64,000 bases of DNA from NCBI GenBank assembly GCA_964016885.1, contig OZ024740.1, positions 21,824,001 to 21,888,000 on the forward strand, in the 5' to 3' direction. This DNA comes from Eledone cirrhosa. Lineage: Eukaryota. A program made the translations under genes and the position numbers. Of the stretch, positions 1 through 13,379 are shown one piece after another; within the stretch, counting starts at the first letter, position 1, and every line of letters begins with the position of its first letter. The notes under the pieces were generated by a model that made no database searches, was not told where the DNA came from, and worked only from the letters and a program-made list of their open reading frames with translations.

Positions 1-3000
1 CAAAGTGTATACAGTCAACATCTACACAAAGTGTATACAGTCAACATCTATACAAAGTGTATAGTCAACATCTAAACAAAGTGTATAGTCAACATCTACA
101 CAAAGTGTATAGTCAACATCTACAGAAAGTATATACAGTCAATATCTACACAAAGTGTATAGTCAACATCTACAGAAAGTGTATAGTTAACATCTACACA
201 AATTGTATAGTCAACATCTACACAAAGTGTATACAGTCAACATCTACACAAAGTGTATAGTCAACATCTACGCAAAGAGAATAATCAACATGTACACAAA
301 GTGTATATAGTTCAAATCTACACAAAGTGTAGAGTCAACATCTACACAAAGTGTATAGTCAACATCTACACAAAGTGTATAGTCAACATCTACACAAAGT
401 GTATAGTCAACATCTACACAAAGTGTATAGTCAACATCTACACAATGTGTATACAGTCAACATCTACACAAAGTGTATAGTCAACATCTACAGAAAGTAT
501 ATACAGTCAATATCTACACAAAGTGTATAGTCAACATCTACACAAAGTATATACAGTCAATATCTACACAAAGTGTATAGTCAACATCTACAGAAAGTGT
601 ATAGTTAACATCTACACAAAGTGTATAGTCAACATCTACACAAAGTGTATACAGTCAACATCTACACAAGTGTATACTCAACATCTACACAAAGTGTATA
701 GTCAACATCTACACAAAGTGTATACAGTCAACATCTACACAAAGTGTATACAGTCAACATCTACACAAAGTGTATACAGTCAACATCTACACAAAGTGTA
801 TACAGTCAACATCTACACAAAGTGTATACAGTCAACATCTACACAAAGTGTATACAGTCAACATCTACACAAAGTGTATACAGTCAACATCTGCACAAAG
901 TGTATACAGTCAACATCTACACAAAGTGTATAGTCAACATCTACACAAAGTGTATAGTCAACATCTACACAAAGTGTATACAGTCAACATCTACACAAAG
1001 TGTATACAGTCAATATCTACACAAAGAGTATACAGTCAACATCTACACACAGTGTATAGTCAACATCTACACAAAGTGTATACAGTCAACATCTACACAA
1101 AGTGTATACAGTCAACATCTACACAAAGTGTATACAGTCAACATCTACACAAAGTGTATAATTCAACATCTACACAAAGTGTATAGTCAACATCTACACA
1201 AAGTGTATACAGTCAACATCTACACACAGTGTATACAGGCAACATCTACACAAAGTGTATACAGTCAACATCTACACAAAGTGTATACAGTCAACATCTA
1301 CACAAAGTGTATAGTCAACATCTACACAAAGTGTATAGTCAACATCTACACAAAGTGTATACAGTCAACATCTACACAAAGTGTATACAGTCAACATCTA
1401 CACAAAGTGTATAGTCAACATCTACACAAAGTGTATACAGTTAACATCTACACAAAGTGTATACAGTCAACATCTACACAAAGTGTATACAGTCAACATC
1501 TACACAAAGTGTATAGTCAACATCTACAGAAAGTATATACAGTCAATATCTACACAAAGTGTATAGTCAACATCTACAGAAAATGTATAGTTAACATCTA
1601 CACAAAGTGTATCGTCAAGATCTACACAAACTGTATAGTCAACATCTACACAAAGTGTATACAGTCAACATCTACACAAAGTGTATACAGTCAATATCTA
1701 CACAAAGTGTATACAGTCAATATCTACACAAAGTGTATACAGTCAACATCTACACAAAGTGTATACAGTCAATATCTACACAAAGAGTATACAGTCAACA
1801 TCTACACAAAGTGTATAGTCAACATCTACATAAAGTGTATACAGTCAACATCTACACAAAGTGTATACAGTCAACATCTACACAAAGTGTATACAGTCAA
1901 CATCTACACAAAGTGTATACAGTCAACATCTACACAGTGTATACAGTCAACATCTACACAAAGTGTATACAGTCAACATCTACACAAAGTGTATAGTCAA
2001 CATCTACACAAAGTGTATAGTCAACATCTACACAAAGTGTATACAGTCAACATCTACACAAAGTGTATACAGTCAACATCTACACAATGTGTATACAGTC
2101 AACATCTACACAAAGTGTATACAGTCAACATCTACACAAAGTATATACAGTCAATATCTACACAAAGTGTATAGTCAACATCTACAGAAAGTGTATAGTT
2201 AACATCTACACAAAGTGTATAGTCAACATCTACACAAAGTGTATACAGTCAACATCTACACAAGTGTATACTCAACATCTACACAAAGTGTATACAGTCA
2301 ACATCTACACAAAGTGTATACAGTCAACATCTATACAAAGTGTATAGTCAACTTCTAAACAAAGTGTATAGTCAACATCTACACAAAGTGTATAGTCAAC
2401 ATCTACACAAAGTGTATACAGTCAACATCTACACAAAGTGTATACAGTCAACATCTACACAAAGTGTATACAGTCAACATCTACACAAAGTGTATACAGT
2501 CAACATCTACACAAAGTGTATACAGTCAACATCTACACATTGTGTATACAGTCAACATCTACACAAAGTGTATAGTCAACATCTACACAAAGTGTATAGT
2601 CAACATCTACACAAAGTGTATACAGTCAACATCTACACAAAGTGTATACAGTCAATATCTACACAAAGAGTATACAGTCAACATCTACACAAAGTGTATA
2701 GTCAACATCTACACAAAGTGTATACAGTCAACATCTACACAAAGTGTATACAGTCAACATCTACACAAAGTGTATAGTCAACATCTACACAAAGTGTATA
2801 CAGTCAACATCTACACAAAGTGTATACAGTCAACATCTACACACAGTGTATACAGGCAACATCTACACAAAGTGTATAGTCAACATCTACACAAACTGTA
2901 TAGTCAACATCTACACAAAGTGTATACAGTCAACATCTACACAAAGTGTATACAGTCAACATCTACACAAGGTGTATAGTCAACATCTACACAAAGTGTA

Positions 3001-6000
3001 TACAGTCAACATCTACACAAAGTGTATACAGTCAACATCTACATAAAGTGTATACAGTCAACATCTACACACAGTGTATACAGGCAACATCTACACAAAG
3101 TGTATACAGTCAACATCTACACACAGTGTATACAGTCAACATCTACACAATGTGTATAGTCAACATCTACACAAAGTGTATACAGTCAACATCTACACAA
3201 AGTGTATACAGGCAACATCTACACAAAGTGTATACAGTCAACATCTACACAAAGTGTATACAGTCAACATCTACACAAAGTGTATACAGTCAACATCTAC
3301 ACAAAGTGTATACAGTCAACATCTACACAAAGTGTATAGTCAACATCTACACAAAGTGTATAGTCAACATCTACACACAGTGTATACAGTCAACATCTAC
3401 ACAAAGTGTATACAATCAACATCTACACAAAGTGTACAGTCAACATCTACACAAAGTGTATAGTCAACATCTACACAAAGTGTACAGTCAACATCTACAC
3501 AAAGTGTATACAATCAACATCTACACAAAGTGTATACAGTCAACATCTACACAAAGTGTATACAGACAACATCTACACAAAGTGTATACAGTCAACATCT
3601 ACACAAAGGGTATAGTCAACATCTACACAACGTATATACAGTCAACATCTACACAAAGTGTATACAGTCAACATCTACACAAAGTGTATACAGTCAACAT
3701 CTACACAAAGTGCACATTCAACATCTACACAAAGTGTACAGTCAACATCTACACAAAGTGTACAGTCAACATCTACACAAAGTGTATACAGTCAACATCT
3801 ACACAAAGTGTATAGTCAACATCTACACAAAGTGTACAGTCAACATCTACGCAAAGAGAATAATCAACATGTACACAAAGTGTATAGTCAACATCTACAC
3901 AAAGTGTATACAGTCAACATCTACACAAAGTGTATACAGTCAACATCTACACAAAGTGTATAGTCAACATCTACACAAAGTGTATACAGTCAACATCTAC
4001 ACACAGTGTATACAGTCAACATCTACACACAGTGTATACAGGCAACATCTACACAAAGTGTATAGTCAACATCTACACAAACTGTATAGTCAACATCTAC
4101 ACAAAGTGTATACAGTCAACATCTACACAAAGTGTATACAGTCAACATCTACACAAAGTGTATACAGTCAACATCTACACACAGTGTATACAGGCAACAT
4201 CTACACAAAGTGTATACAGTCAACATCTACACACAGTGTATACAGTCAACATCTACACAATGTGTATAGTCAACATCTACACAATGTGTATAGTCAACAT
4301 CTACACAAAGTGTATACAGTCAACATCTACACAAAGTGTATAGTCAATATCTACACAAAGTGTATACAGGCAACATCTACACAAAGTGTATACAGTCAAC
4401 ATCTACACAAAGTGTATACAGTCAACATCTACACAAAGTGTATACAGTCAACATCTACACAAAGTGTATAGTCAACATCTACACAAAGTGTATAGTCAAC
4501 ATCTACACACAGAGTATACAGTCAACATCTACCCAAAGTGTATACAGTCAACATCTACACAAAGTGTATAGTCAACATCTACACAAACTGTATAGTCAAC
4601 ATCTACACAAAGTGTATACAGTCAATATCTACACAAAGTGTATACAGTCAATATCTACACAAAGTGTATACAGTCAACATCTACAGAAAGTGTATAGTCA
4701 ACATCTACAGAAAGTATATACAGTCAATATCTACACAAAGTGTATAGTCAACATCTACAGAAAGTGTATACAGTCAACATCTACACAAAGTGTATACAGT
4801 CAACATCTACACAAAGTGTATACAGTCAATATCTACACAAAGTGTATACAGTCAATATCTACACAAAGTGTATACAGTCAACATCTACACAAAGTGTATA
4901 CAGTCAATATCTACACAAAGTGTATACAGTCAACATCTACACAAAGTGTATAGTCAACATCTACACAAAGTGTATACAGTCAATATCTACACAAAGAGTA
5001 TACAGTCAACATCTACACAAAGTGTATAGTCAACATCTACATAAAGTGTATACAGTCAACATCTACACAAAGTGTATACAGTCAACATCTACACAAAGTG
5101 TATACAGTCAACATCTACACAAATAGTATACAGTCAACATCTACACAAAGTGTACAGTCAACATCTACACAAATTGTATAGTCAACATCTACACAAAGTG
5201 TATAGTCAACATCTACACAAAGTGTATACAGTCAACATCTACACAAAGTGTATACAGTCAACATCTACACAAAGTGTATAGTCAACATCTACACAAAGTG
5301 TATAGTCAACATCTACACAAAGTGTATAGTCAACATCTACACAATGTGTATACAGTCAACATCTACACAAAGTGTATACAGTCAACATCTACACAAAGTG
5401 TATACAGTCAACATCTACACAAAGTGTATACAGGCAACATCTATACAAAGTGTATAGTCAACATCTACACAAAGTGTATACAGTCAACATCTACACACAG
5501 TGTACAGTCAACATCTACACAAAGTGTATACAGTCCACATCTACACAAAGTGTATAGTCAACATCTACACAAAGTGTACAGTCAACATCTACACAAAGTG
5601 TATACAGTCAACATCTACACAAAGTGTATACAGTCAATATCTACACAGTGTATACAGTCAACATCTACACAAATTGTATAGTCAACATCTACACAAAGTG
5701 TATAGTCAACATCTACACAAAGTGTATACAGTCGACATCTACCCACAGTGTACAGTCAACATCTACACAAAGTGTATACAGTCAACATCTACACAAAGTG
5801 TATACTGTTAACATCTACACAAAGTGTATACAGTCAACATCTACACAAAGTGTATAGTCAACATCTACACAAAGTGTATACAGTCAACATCTACACAAAG
5901 TGTACAGTCAACATCTACACAAAGTGTATACAGGCAACATCTACACAAAGTGTATACAGTCAATATCTACACAGTGTATACAGTCAACATCTACACAAAG

Positions 6001-7440
6001 TGTATAGTCAACATCTACACAAAGTGTATACAGTCAACATCTACACAAAGTGTACAGTCAACATCTACACAAAGTGTATACAGTCAACATCTACACAAAG
6101 TGTATAGTCAACATCTACACAAAGTGTATAGTCAACATCTACACAAAGTGTATACAGTCAACATCTACACAAAGTGTACAGTCAACATCTACACAAAGTG
6201 TATACAGGCAACATCTACACAAAGTGTACAGTCAACATCTACACAAAGTGTATACAGTCAACATCTACACAAAGTGTATACAGTCAACATCTACACAAAG
6301 TGTATACAGTCAACATCTACACAAAGTGTATACAGTCAATATCTACACAGTGTATACAGTCAACATCTACACAAAGTGTATAGTCAACATCTACACAAAG
6401 TGTATACAGTCAATATCTACACAGTGTATACAGTCAACATCTACACGAAGTGTATAGTCAACATCTACACAAAGTGTATACAGTCAATATCTACACAGTG
6501 TATACAGTCAACATCTACACAAGTGTATAGTCAACATCTACACAAAGTGTATACAGGCAACATCTACACAAAGTGTAGTCAACATCTACACAAAGTGTAG
6601 TCAACATCTACACAAAGTGTATACAGGCAACATCTACACAAAGTGTATAAGTCAACATCTACACAAAGTGTATACAGTCAATATCTACACAAACTGTATA
6701 CAGGCAACATCTACACAAAGTGTAGTCAACATCTACACAAAGTGTATACAGTCAACATCTACACAATGTGTATACAGTCAACATCTACACAAAGTGTATA
6801 GTCAACATCTACACAAAGTGTATACAGTCAACATCTACACAATGTGTATACAGTCAACATCTACACAAAGTGTATAGTCAATATCTACACAAAGTGTATA
6901 CAGGCAACATCTACACAAAGTGTATAGTCAACATCTACACAAAGTGTATACAGGCAACATCTACACAAAGTGTAGTCAACATCTACACAAACTGTATACA
7001 GGCAACATCTACACAAAGTGTATACAGTCAACATCTACACAAAGTATACACAGTCAAAATCTACACAAAGTGTATACAATCAACATCTACACAAAGTGTA
7101 TAGTCAACATCTACACAAAGTGTATACAGTCAACATCTACACAAAGTGTAGTCAAAATCTACACAAAGTGTATACAATCAACATCTACACAAAGTGTATA
7201 GTCAACATCTACACAAAGTGTAGTCAACATCTACACAAAGTGTATACAGTCAACATCTACACAAAGTGTACAGTCAACATCTACACAAAGTGTATACAGG
7301 CAACATCTACACAAAGTGTATACAGGCAACATCTACACAAAGTGTATAGTCAACATCTACACAAAGTGTATACAGGCAACATCTACACAAAGTGTACAGT
7401 CAACATCTACACAAAGTGTATACAGGCAACATCTACACAC
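1..7440. repeat. Tandem satellite, 24/26-bp unit AGTCAACATCTACACAAAGTGTAT(AC); runs off the left edge
   Basis: Hundreds of near-identical units; length variants differ by AC/AT dinucleotides; all ORFs here are periodic artefacts. Confidence 0.98.
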
Positions 7441-7572
7441 TATATCTGTGAATCCCATCAAAATATACATATATAACTATGAAGTAAACTACTAGACACT
7501 AGGTCCATCTATAAGGTCAACATCTACAATAATGTCTATATTTACACACTGTGTATGTCTATGATCTTAACA

Positions 7573-7885
7573 ATCCAATCTGGTATAAGCTGATCAGATC
7601 CAGTCCGATCTAACACAATCCGGCCCAATCCAATCTGACTCAGTCTGAATTGATTTGATCCGACACAATCCGATCTGATCTGATCCAGTTCGGTCAAGCT
7701 TCATCTGGTCCGATCCAACCTGATACGATCCAGTCTGCTCTCATCTGATTTGATCCAATCTAATAAAACCAATCCAGTCCAATCTGATCTAATTTGATGC
7801 AGTCCTATCTGATAAAACCCAATCTGGTCCGATCTGATTCAATCCCATTCAGTCCAGTCTCATCCAATCCAATCTGGTCTGATAT
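7573..7885. repeat. Degenerate pentamer repeat (ATCCA/ATCTG/ATCCG)
   Basis: 5-bp periodicity, e.g. gatcc agtcc gatct aatcc aatct. Confidence 0.8.
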
Positions 7886-8408
7886 GATGTTGAAAATTAA
7901 ACCTCATTTGTTCATTCCATGAGAGTATCTTGGTCAGCCTATAAACTATTCAGCCGGCCCACATAAGAAAGATACAACAAGGGACATAAGTAAATATCCA
8001 GCAGTTTATATATCAGGCATGTGGTGGCATTAAAGAGTTGTATCTTAGTACAGCATAACACAATGAGATTAATTAACTGATTATTATTATGTGAGCAGAT
8101 AATTGTTGGTGTCAGGTTTACACAAGATATACTGAAGACACAAATAAGCTGTCTTTACAAGACAAACCATATGTTACACACACACACACACACGTGTGTG
8201 TATGTCTATGTAAACCTACATATATATATATATCTATCATGATCATCATTTAATGGCTGTTTCCCTGCTGGCAAGGGTTGGATGGGTCTACAAAACCAAG
8301 TCAGTACTGAAGCGGGACTACAGACCTCTCACATAGACCGAGAATCTGCATCTCACTTACATACGATCATATGTCCTATCCAGTGAACAGGATATATATA
8401 TATATGTG

Positions 8409-8445
<37 letters not shown>

Positions 8446-8569
8446 AGAAAATCAGTTTGAAGCTGGTTAGACCTTCAACAGAGTACTTGATACTTGAGTA
8501 GTAGAATATGGTTATATTATAGAGTCGGCAGCCGACTCTTTATAATATATATATATATATATATACAAT

Positions 8570-8745
8570 ACTCACTGTAAATAAGGTTGGCATTAGGTAG
8601 AGCATCCAGTTGTATAAACCAAGCCAGAAGCAGTCCTGCATGAGCAAGACATGGTCACCTGACCTAGCATTGCCCACAACAGGACAACCCATCTAACCTA
8701 TGCTAGCATGGAAAATGGACATAAGACGGAGGTGATGATGATTTA
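8570..8745 (+). mobile_element. RTE LINE 3'-end fragment
   Basis: Matches the 3' UTR of the RTE at 60770-60950 (gcatccag...cccacaacaggacaacc) and ends in (GAT)n. Confidence 0.75.
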
Positions 8746-9284
8746 TGTATACACAGACACACACACACACATCATGTATACACAGACACACAGACACACA
8801 CATCATCATCATTATTTTACATCCGCTTTTCCCTGCTTGCAAGGGGGGGACAGCTCCTATTTAGCACCGCATCTCCCGTCACAGTCCTTTGTAATCTCCT
8901 CGGTGAGTTTCAGCGATCTGAGGTCTGCTCTCACCACCTCCGCCAATGTTTATATATATACACACACAGTCAACATCTGTATATTGAATGCTTATGTGTG
9001 GGTGAAGGTTGTGTCTTGTGTATGTATGTAAACCTATTACACACACATAAACACCCAAACACAATGTTGCTAAAATGACTTTAAATCCTACTTTATAACT
9101 TGATACAGTCGCAAGTACCAAAGGATCACAAGGGGTCATAGGGATAACCATGGGATAACCATGGGCAGCCATGTGTAACCATGGGCAGCCATGTGTAGTC
9201 ATGTATATGTTATAGTTAAAGACTTCCCCGTAGTTTCGGGGCATCAAATCTTTGGAAAGAATTTCTGTCAGTGAAGCTAGTCTC

Positions 9285-9509
9285 TTAACTCTTTAACATT
9301 TAAACTGGCCGTATCCAGCCACAATTCTCTCACCTCTTTCTCTTCAAACCAGCTGTAACCAGCTGCTTATACTGATGTTAAGGTATTGTTCTCAAAAAAA
9401 TATCAAAATCTCATAGATTCAATATTATGTGAGATAATTATGTGAGGTAAAGCCTTTACCGTGAAAATACAATAGTAAATATAGAGTAATGTAAATGTTA
9501 AAGGGTTAA
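9285..9509. mobile_element. piggyBac-type MITE with TTAA target-site duplication
   Basis: TTAA (9285-9288) CTCTTTAACATTTA ... TAAATGTTAAAGGG TTAA (9506-9509): 14-bp TIR with one mismatch; related copies at ~13005-13285 and ~18490-25388. Confidence 0.75.
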
Positions 9510-9715
9510 ACTAGGCAACCAAAATAGGTTTATATAAAAAAAACTTTACACATCACTAGAGATGAAATTTTGTTTTTTTTTGTTGTTGCAAAAATGATAA
9601 TTAGAGTTATTGTAAAGAAGAGTTACACAAATGAGAAAATGGGGAAGGGGTAGGGAAGGTCAGATTTGGCTGTATGGGAAAGTATTTTCAATATTTACAA
9701 CTACATATAACTATA

Positions 9716-9920
9716 GGGTGACAGAATTGGTAGAGCATCAGATAAAATGTTATTGTCATATTTGTTCTGGTTATTTACATCCTGCTGAAGAAGTCAACTT
9801 TCCTTTCATGCTCCCAGGGTTGATAAAATAAAGAAACAATCAAGTACTAGGAGGGGGGGGGGGGGCTGTGATTTCATCATCATTTTCCCTCCCAGAAATT
9901 TGCTGACCTTGTATCTAAAT
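9716..9920 (+). mobile_element. tRNA-type SINE copy, degenerate
   Basis: Shares the core cctttcat...gggttgataaaataaag with the copy at 41093-41280. Confidence 0.6.
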
Positions 9921-10768
9921 TAATTAATCTCTTGTTAACATCGAAAGCATACATTTAAAATGATGATGATGATGATGAGTATAATGATGATGATGATGAT
10001 AATGATGGTGATAATGATGATGTTGATGATTATAATGATGGTGATAATGACATTAGGGCAATAGACTCTGTAAAGTGGCTGGTGTAAGTAAACGCATCCA
10101 GCTAGAGAAACCATAGAAAGAATAAAATGTATAAGCAGAATATACCCCTCCACCGCCCGACATCAATCCCCCTAGGGAGAGAGAGTAATGTGAATTAAAG
10201 ACCAACCTGGACTGTACCAACCTATCAAACCCATGCCAGTATGGAATGCAGATGTAAATTGAATTAGCAGAATTGTTAAAGCAACAAAATAATTCCTTGC
10301 AGTATTTAGTTGTAGTTCTTTATATAGGTCAACTTTGTCTTACATCTTTTAGGGGTCAATAAAATAAAGTACCAGTTAAGTACTGGGGTATAAACAACCC
10401 TTTGGTCACAAATAACCATGGGATTTGCATTTAGAAAGTTCCCCTCCTAGGCTCAAGTTCAGGCAAGGTTGTTTGTGGAAGACCAGCAGTCGCCCACGCA
10501 TACCAGCCTCTCCTCTCTCTATGCCATCAATGTTGTCCAAGGGAAAGGCAATGGCCAATACACCTTAGCACCAGTGACATCGCAACGTCATTTCAAGCAT
10601 TAAACTAATATATTTCTTCATTGTACTGTGTCGTTTGTTTTGTTATTTTTGTTTATGTTTTACAAATATATATATATGTATGTAAAAGGTAAACAGAAAT
10701 AACAACACAATTGGTACAGTATATGGAAGGAATATATTAGGTTAACGCTTGAAATAGCAGGAAGAGGG

Positions 10769-10804
10769 TTTTGACGTTTCAGACGCTAGTCCTTCATCAG
10801 AAAA
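10769..10804 (-). ncRNA. Minimal type I hammerhead ribozyme (Penelope-type)
   Basis: Minus strand: UUUU CUGAUGA AGGAC-UAGC-GUCU GAAA CG UC AAAA; palindromic ACGU stem III, GUC triplet, weak U4/A4 stem I. A decayed homologue lies at ~42730-42758. Confidence 0.65.
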
Positions 10805-10843
10805 AAGAATGAGAAATAAGATAGATTGAGGGGACAGAACACG

Positions 10844-11235
10844 GAGTTACTGTAGGTTCACCCGGATGAGCACTTGATGTTTAGGTTCACTTCTGTGTTG
10901 AGGTGTAGAGCTATACAGAGTGTAATATATTGAAAGGATAACAAGGACGATTGGTTACTCCTTCATTACATTTATTCGTAGGAGATGCGCGTTTCGCCAC
11001 TGATCAGCTCAAGGTTCGATCTGTATCAATCTTACCCGACTCAATAATCGGCAGAAAATGAATACATGTATTCATTTTCTTATACCATTTTAAAGAGTCC
11101 GTCGAGCTGCCGATTATTGAGTCGGGTAAGATCGATACAGATCGAACCTTGAGCTGATCAGTGGCGAAACGCGCATCACCTACCAATAAATGTAATGAAG
11201 GAGTAACCAATCGTCCTTGTTATCCTTTCAATATA
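10844..11235. mobile_element. Head-to-head inverted remnant of a dispersed element, probably Penelope-like
   Basis: ~130-bp inverted arms 10924-11054 and 11107-11235, with the perfect palindrome AGAAAATGAATACATGTATTCATTTTCT between them; same family at 46085-46335. Confidence 0.6.
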
Positions 11236-11319
11236 TATATATTGAGCAAGACACTTTATTTCACATTGCTCCAGTTTACTCAGCTGTAGAAATGAGATGA
11301 TAGGGACTTGGGCCCCTAT

Positions 11320-11780
11320 CATTCCACTGTAAAGTGGTCGTGGAGGTGCCACAGCAAAAAAGCACCCAGCACTCACTGTAAATGAGGTTGGTGTTAGGAA
11401 GGGCATCCAGCTGTAGAAATCAAGCCAGAATCAGTTCCCGTCCTATCCTTGCAAGCAGGGAAAAGTGGACGTAAAAAAAAAATTTAAAAAAATGAAATGA
11501 TATATATACATGGTCCAAGCCGAGCTGAAGCATATAGACAATATGTCCCCACCCCTCCCACTGTAAAGTGGACGTGTAGGCGCCTCGTGAAAAAAGCTCC
11601 CAGCACTCACTGTAAATGAGGTGAGTGTTAGGAAGGGCATCCAGCTGTAGAAATCAAGCCAGAATCAATTCCCGTATGAGCAAGACAAGGTCAGCCGACT
11701 GGACACTGCCCACAACAGGACAACCCGTCTAACCCATGTTAGCGTGGAAGAACAGACGTAAAACGGTGATGATGATGATG
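11320..11780 (+). mobile_element. Two tandem RTE 3'-end fragments
   Basis: Both carry cactgtaaatgagg..gttaggaagggcatccagctgtagaaatcaagccag as in the RTE 3' UTR; the second ends in (GAT)n. Confidence 0.8.
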
Positions 11781-12669
11781 GGTCATCCTGATGGTAAGGC
11801 AAGAAATATATAGAATAAAATGGTATGGATTGATCTGAAATGTCATAAGATTAATGCTTTTGATAGCAACTTGCCTAAAACCATCCTTGACTTTATAATA
11901 AAAACTGATCCTTTTAAAGTTTTCATATCATCATTTGATATTTGTTTCCGTTACTAGGGTTGGCTGAGTTATCATAGGTCATGTCAGTAAATATGATATC
12001 AAAACCTCTCATAATTTTATGTAAAAATATTTTGTTAGGGAATGCTCTGAACACTTCAGCTTAATAGCAACATTAGTTACTTTACTATATTCCTTCAAAT
12101 TAACTGAAACATAGAGAGAGGCAGAAATATGGTAATGAAAGGGTTGGGAATGTTAAGATACTAGCCACACCTTGAAACAGTCCAACCCAGCCAAAACAGA
12201 TGGAATAACTGACATGAAATGAAACTAGGTTGAGGTGACACACAGCAGTCATGTGACACTAATGCATGTATAAGGGAGAGGGAAGTAGATACCATCACCA
12301 TCCGCATCATTACTTTCACTTTTCCATGCTAAACATGGGTTAGACAAGATTAAGTATATGGAATATAATAGCCCTGATCTCTATCAGCCATTATGCTGTG
12401 AAATAGATAATTCTGAATGGTTTAAACTGTCAATAAGGAGATGCATGTGGTAAACTGACACATGCACCCCACTCTATATATACGAGGTGATAAAAACTGA
12501 CCTTGCTCACTTACACCTCTCTAAGAGATTGTCACTGGATCGAGATCTTTGGTGCTAAATAGTTATACCGAAGACATCCCCTTCCCTTGCATACAAACTT
12601 AAACCTAGTCAGTAGGAACCTCTTAACCCCGATATACACCCCACCCACACACCCTACTCCATCCTTCCA

Positions 12670-12915
12670 TTTCCGTCCACTGTAAAGTGGTCGTGTAGGT
12701 GACACAACAAAAAGCACCCAGTCCGTGCTGTAAAGTGGTCATGTAGGTGACATGGTAAAAAGTCCACACTGTAAATGTGGTTGGTGTTAGGAAGGGCATC
12801 CAGCTGTAGAAAACCTGCCAGAAAAAGTTCTGTACGAGCGAGATATGGTCTCCCGACCAATCTCGCCTTAAGTGGGACAAAACCGTCCAACCCATGCTAG
12901 CATGGAAGATGGACA
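12670..12915 (+). mobile_element. RTE 3'-end fragment
   Basis: ctgtaaagtggtc subrepeats plus gttaggaagggcatccagctgtag...cccatgctagcatggaag. Confidence 0.75.
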
Positions 12916-13004
12916 TTCTCATTCTGGCTACCAATTTTATGGTATCCCTCTGTGGATTTTCAACTCAGAATCTAAAGGACTGTCCCTAAGATAAAGTATT
13001 TTGT

Positions 13005-13285
13005 TCAAAACATTTAAACCGGCCATATCTGGCCAGAATTATCTCACCTCTTTCTGTTCAAACTGGCTGTAACCAGCTTCTCATACTGATGTTAAAGTAT
13101 TCTTCTCAAAATAAATGATATCAAAATCTCAGATTCGATATTATGTGAGGTAAAGCCTTTACTGTGAAAATACAACAGTATATATAGAGTAATGTAAATG
13201 TTTTGTGAGATATTATGTGAGGTAAAGCCTTTAATGTGAAAATACAACAGTATATATAGAGTAATGTAAAAGCTAAAATGTTAAT
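13005..13285. mobile_element. Copy of the TTAA MITE with two internal 72-bp units
   Basis: Collinear with 9289-9505; the unit ttatgtgaggtaaagccttta..gtaatgtaaa occurs twice. Confidence 0.7.
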
Positions 13286-13379
13286 GCATATAGAGACACA
13301 ATACCACAAATTTCAGAGGGAAAATAAATGAACTCCAGTACATAACTAGAACCCATTTATCAATCTTGGTGGGACTTGA

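Noticed and set aside
1-7440. CRISPR-like array or repeat-protein ORFs
   Set aside because: No unique spacers and no cas genes; ORFs appear in all three frames because of periodicity.
8440-8550. Hairpin AGAGTCGG-CAG-CCGACTCT and a possible decayed HHR between TA tracts
   Set aside because: Catalytic core not intact; too short to assign, although it may be another PLE-end remnant.
9200-9280. Possible further minus-strand host exon
   Set aside because: An acceptor-like AG is present but there is no recognisable homology or donor support.
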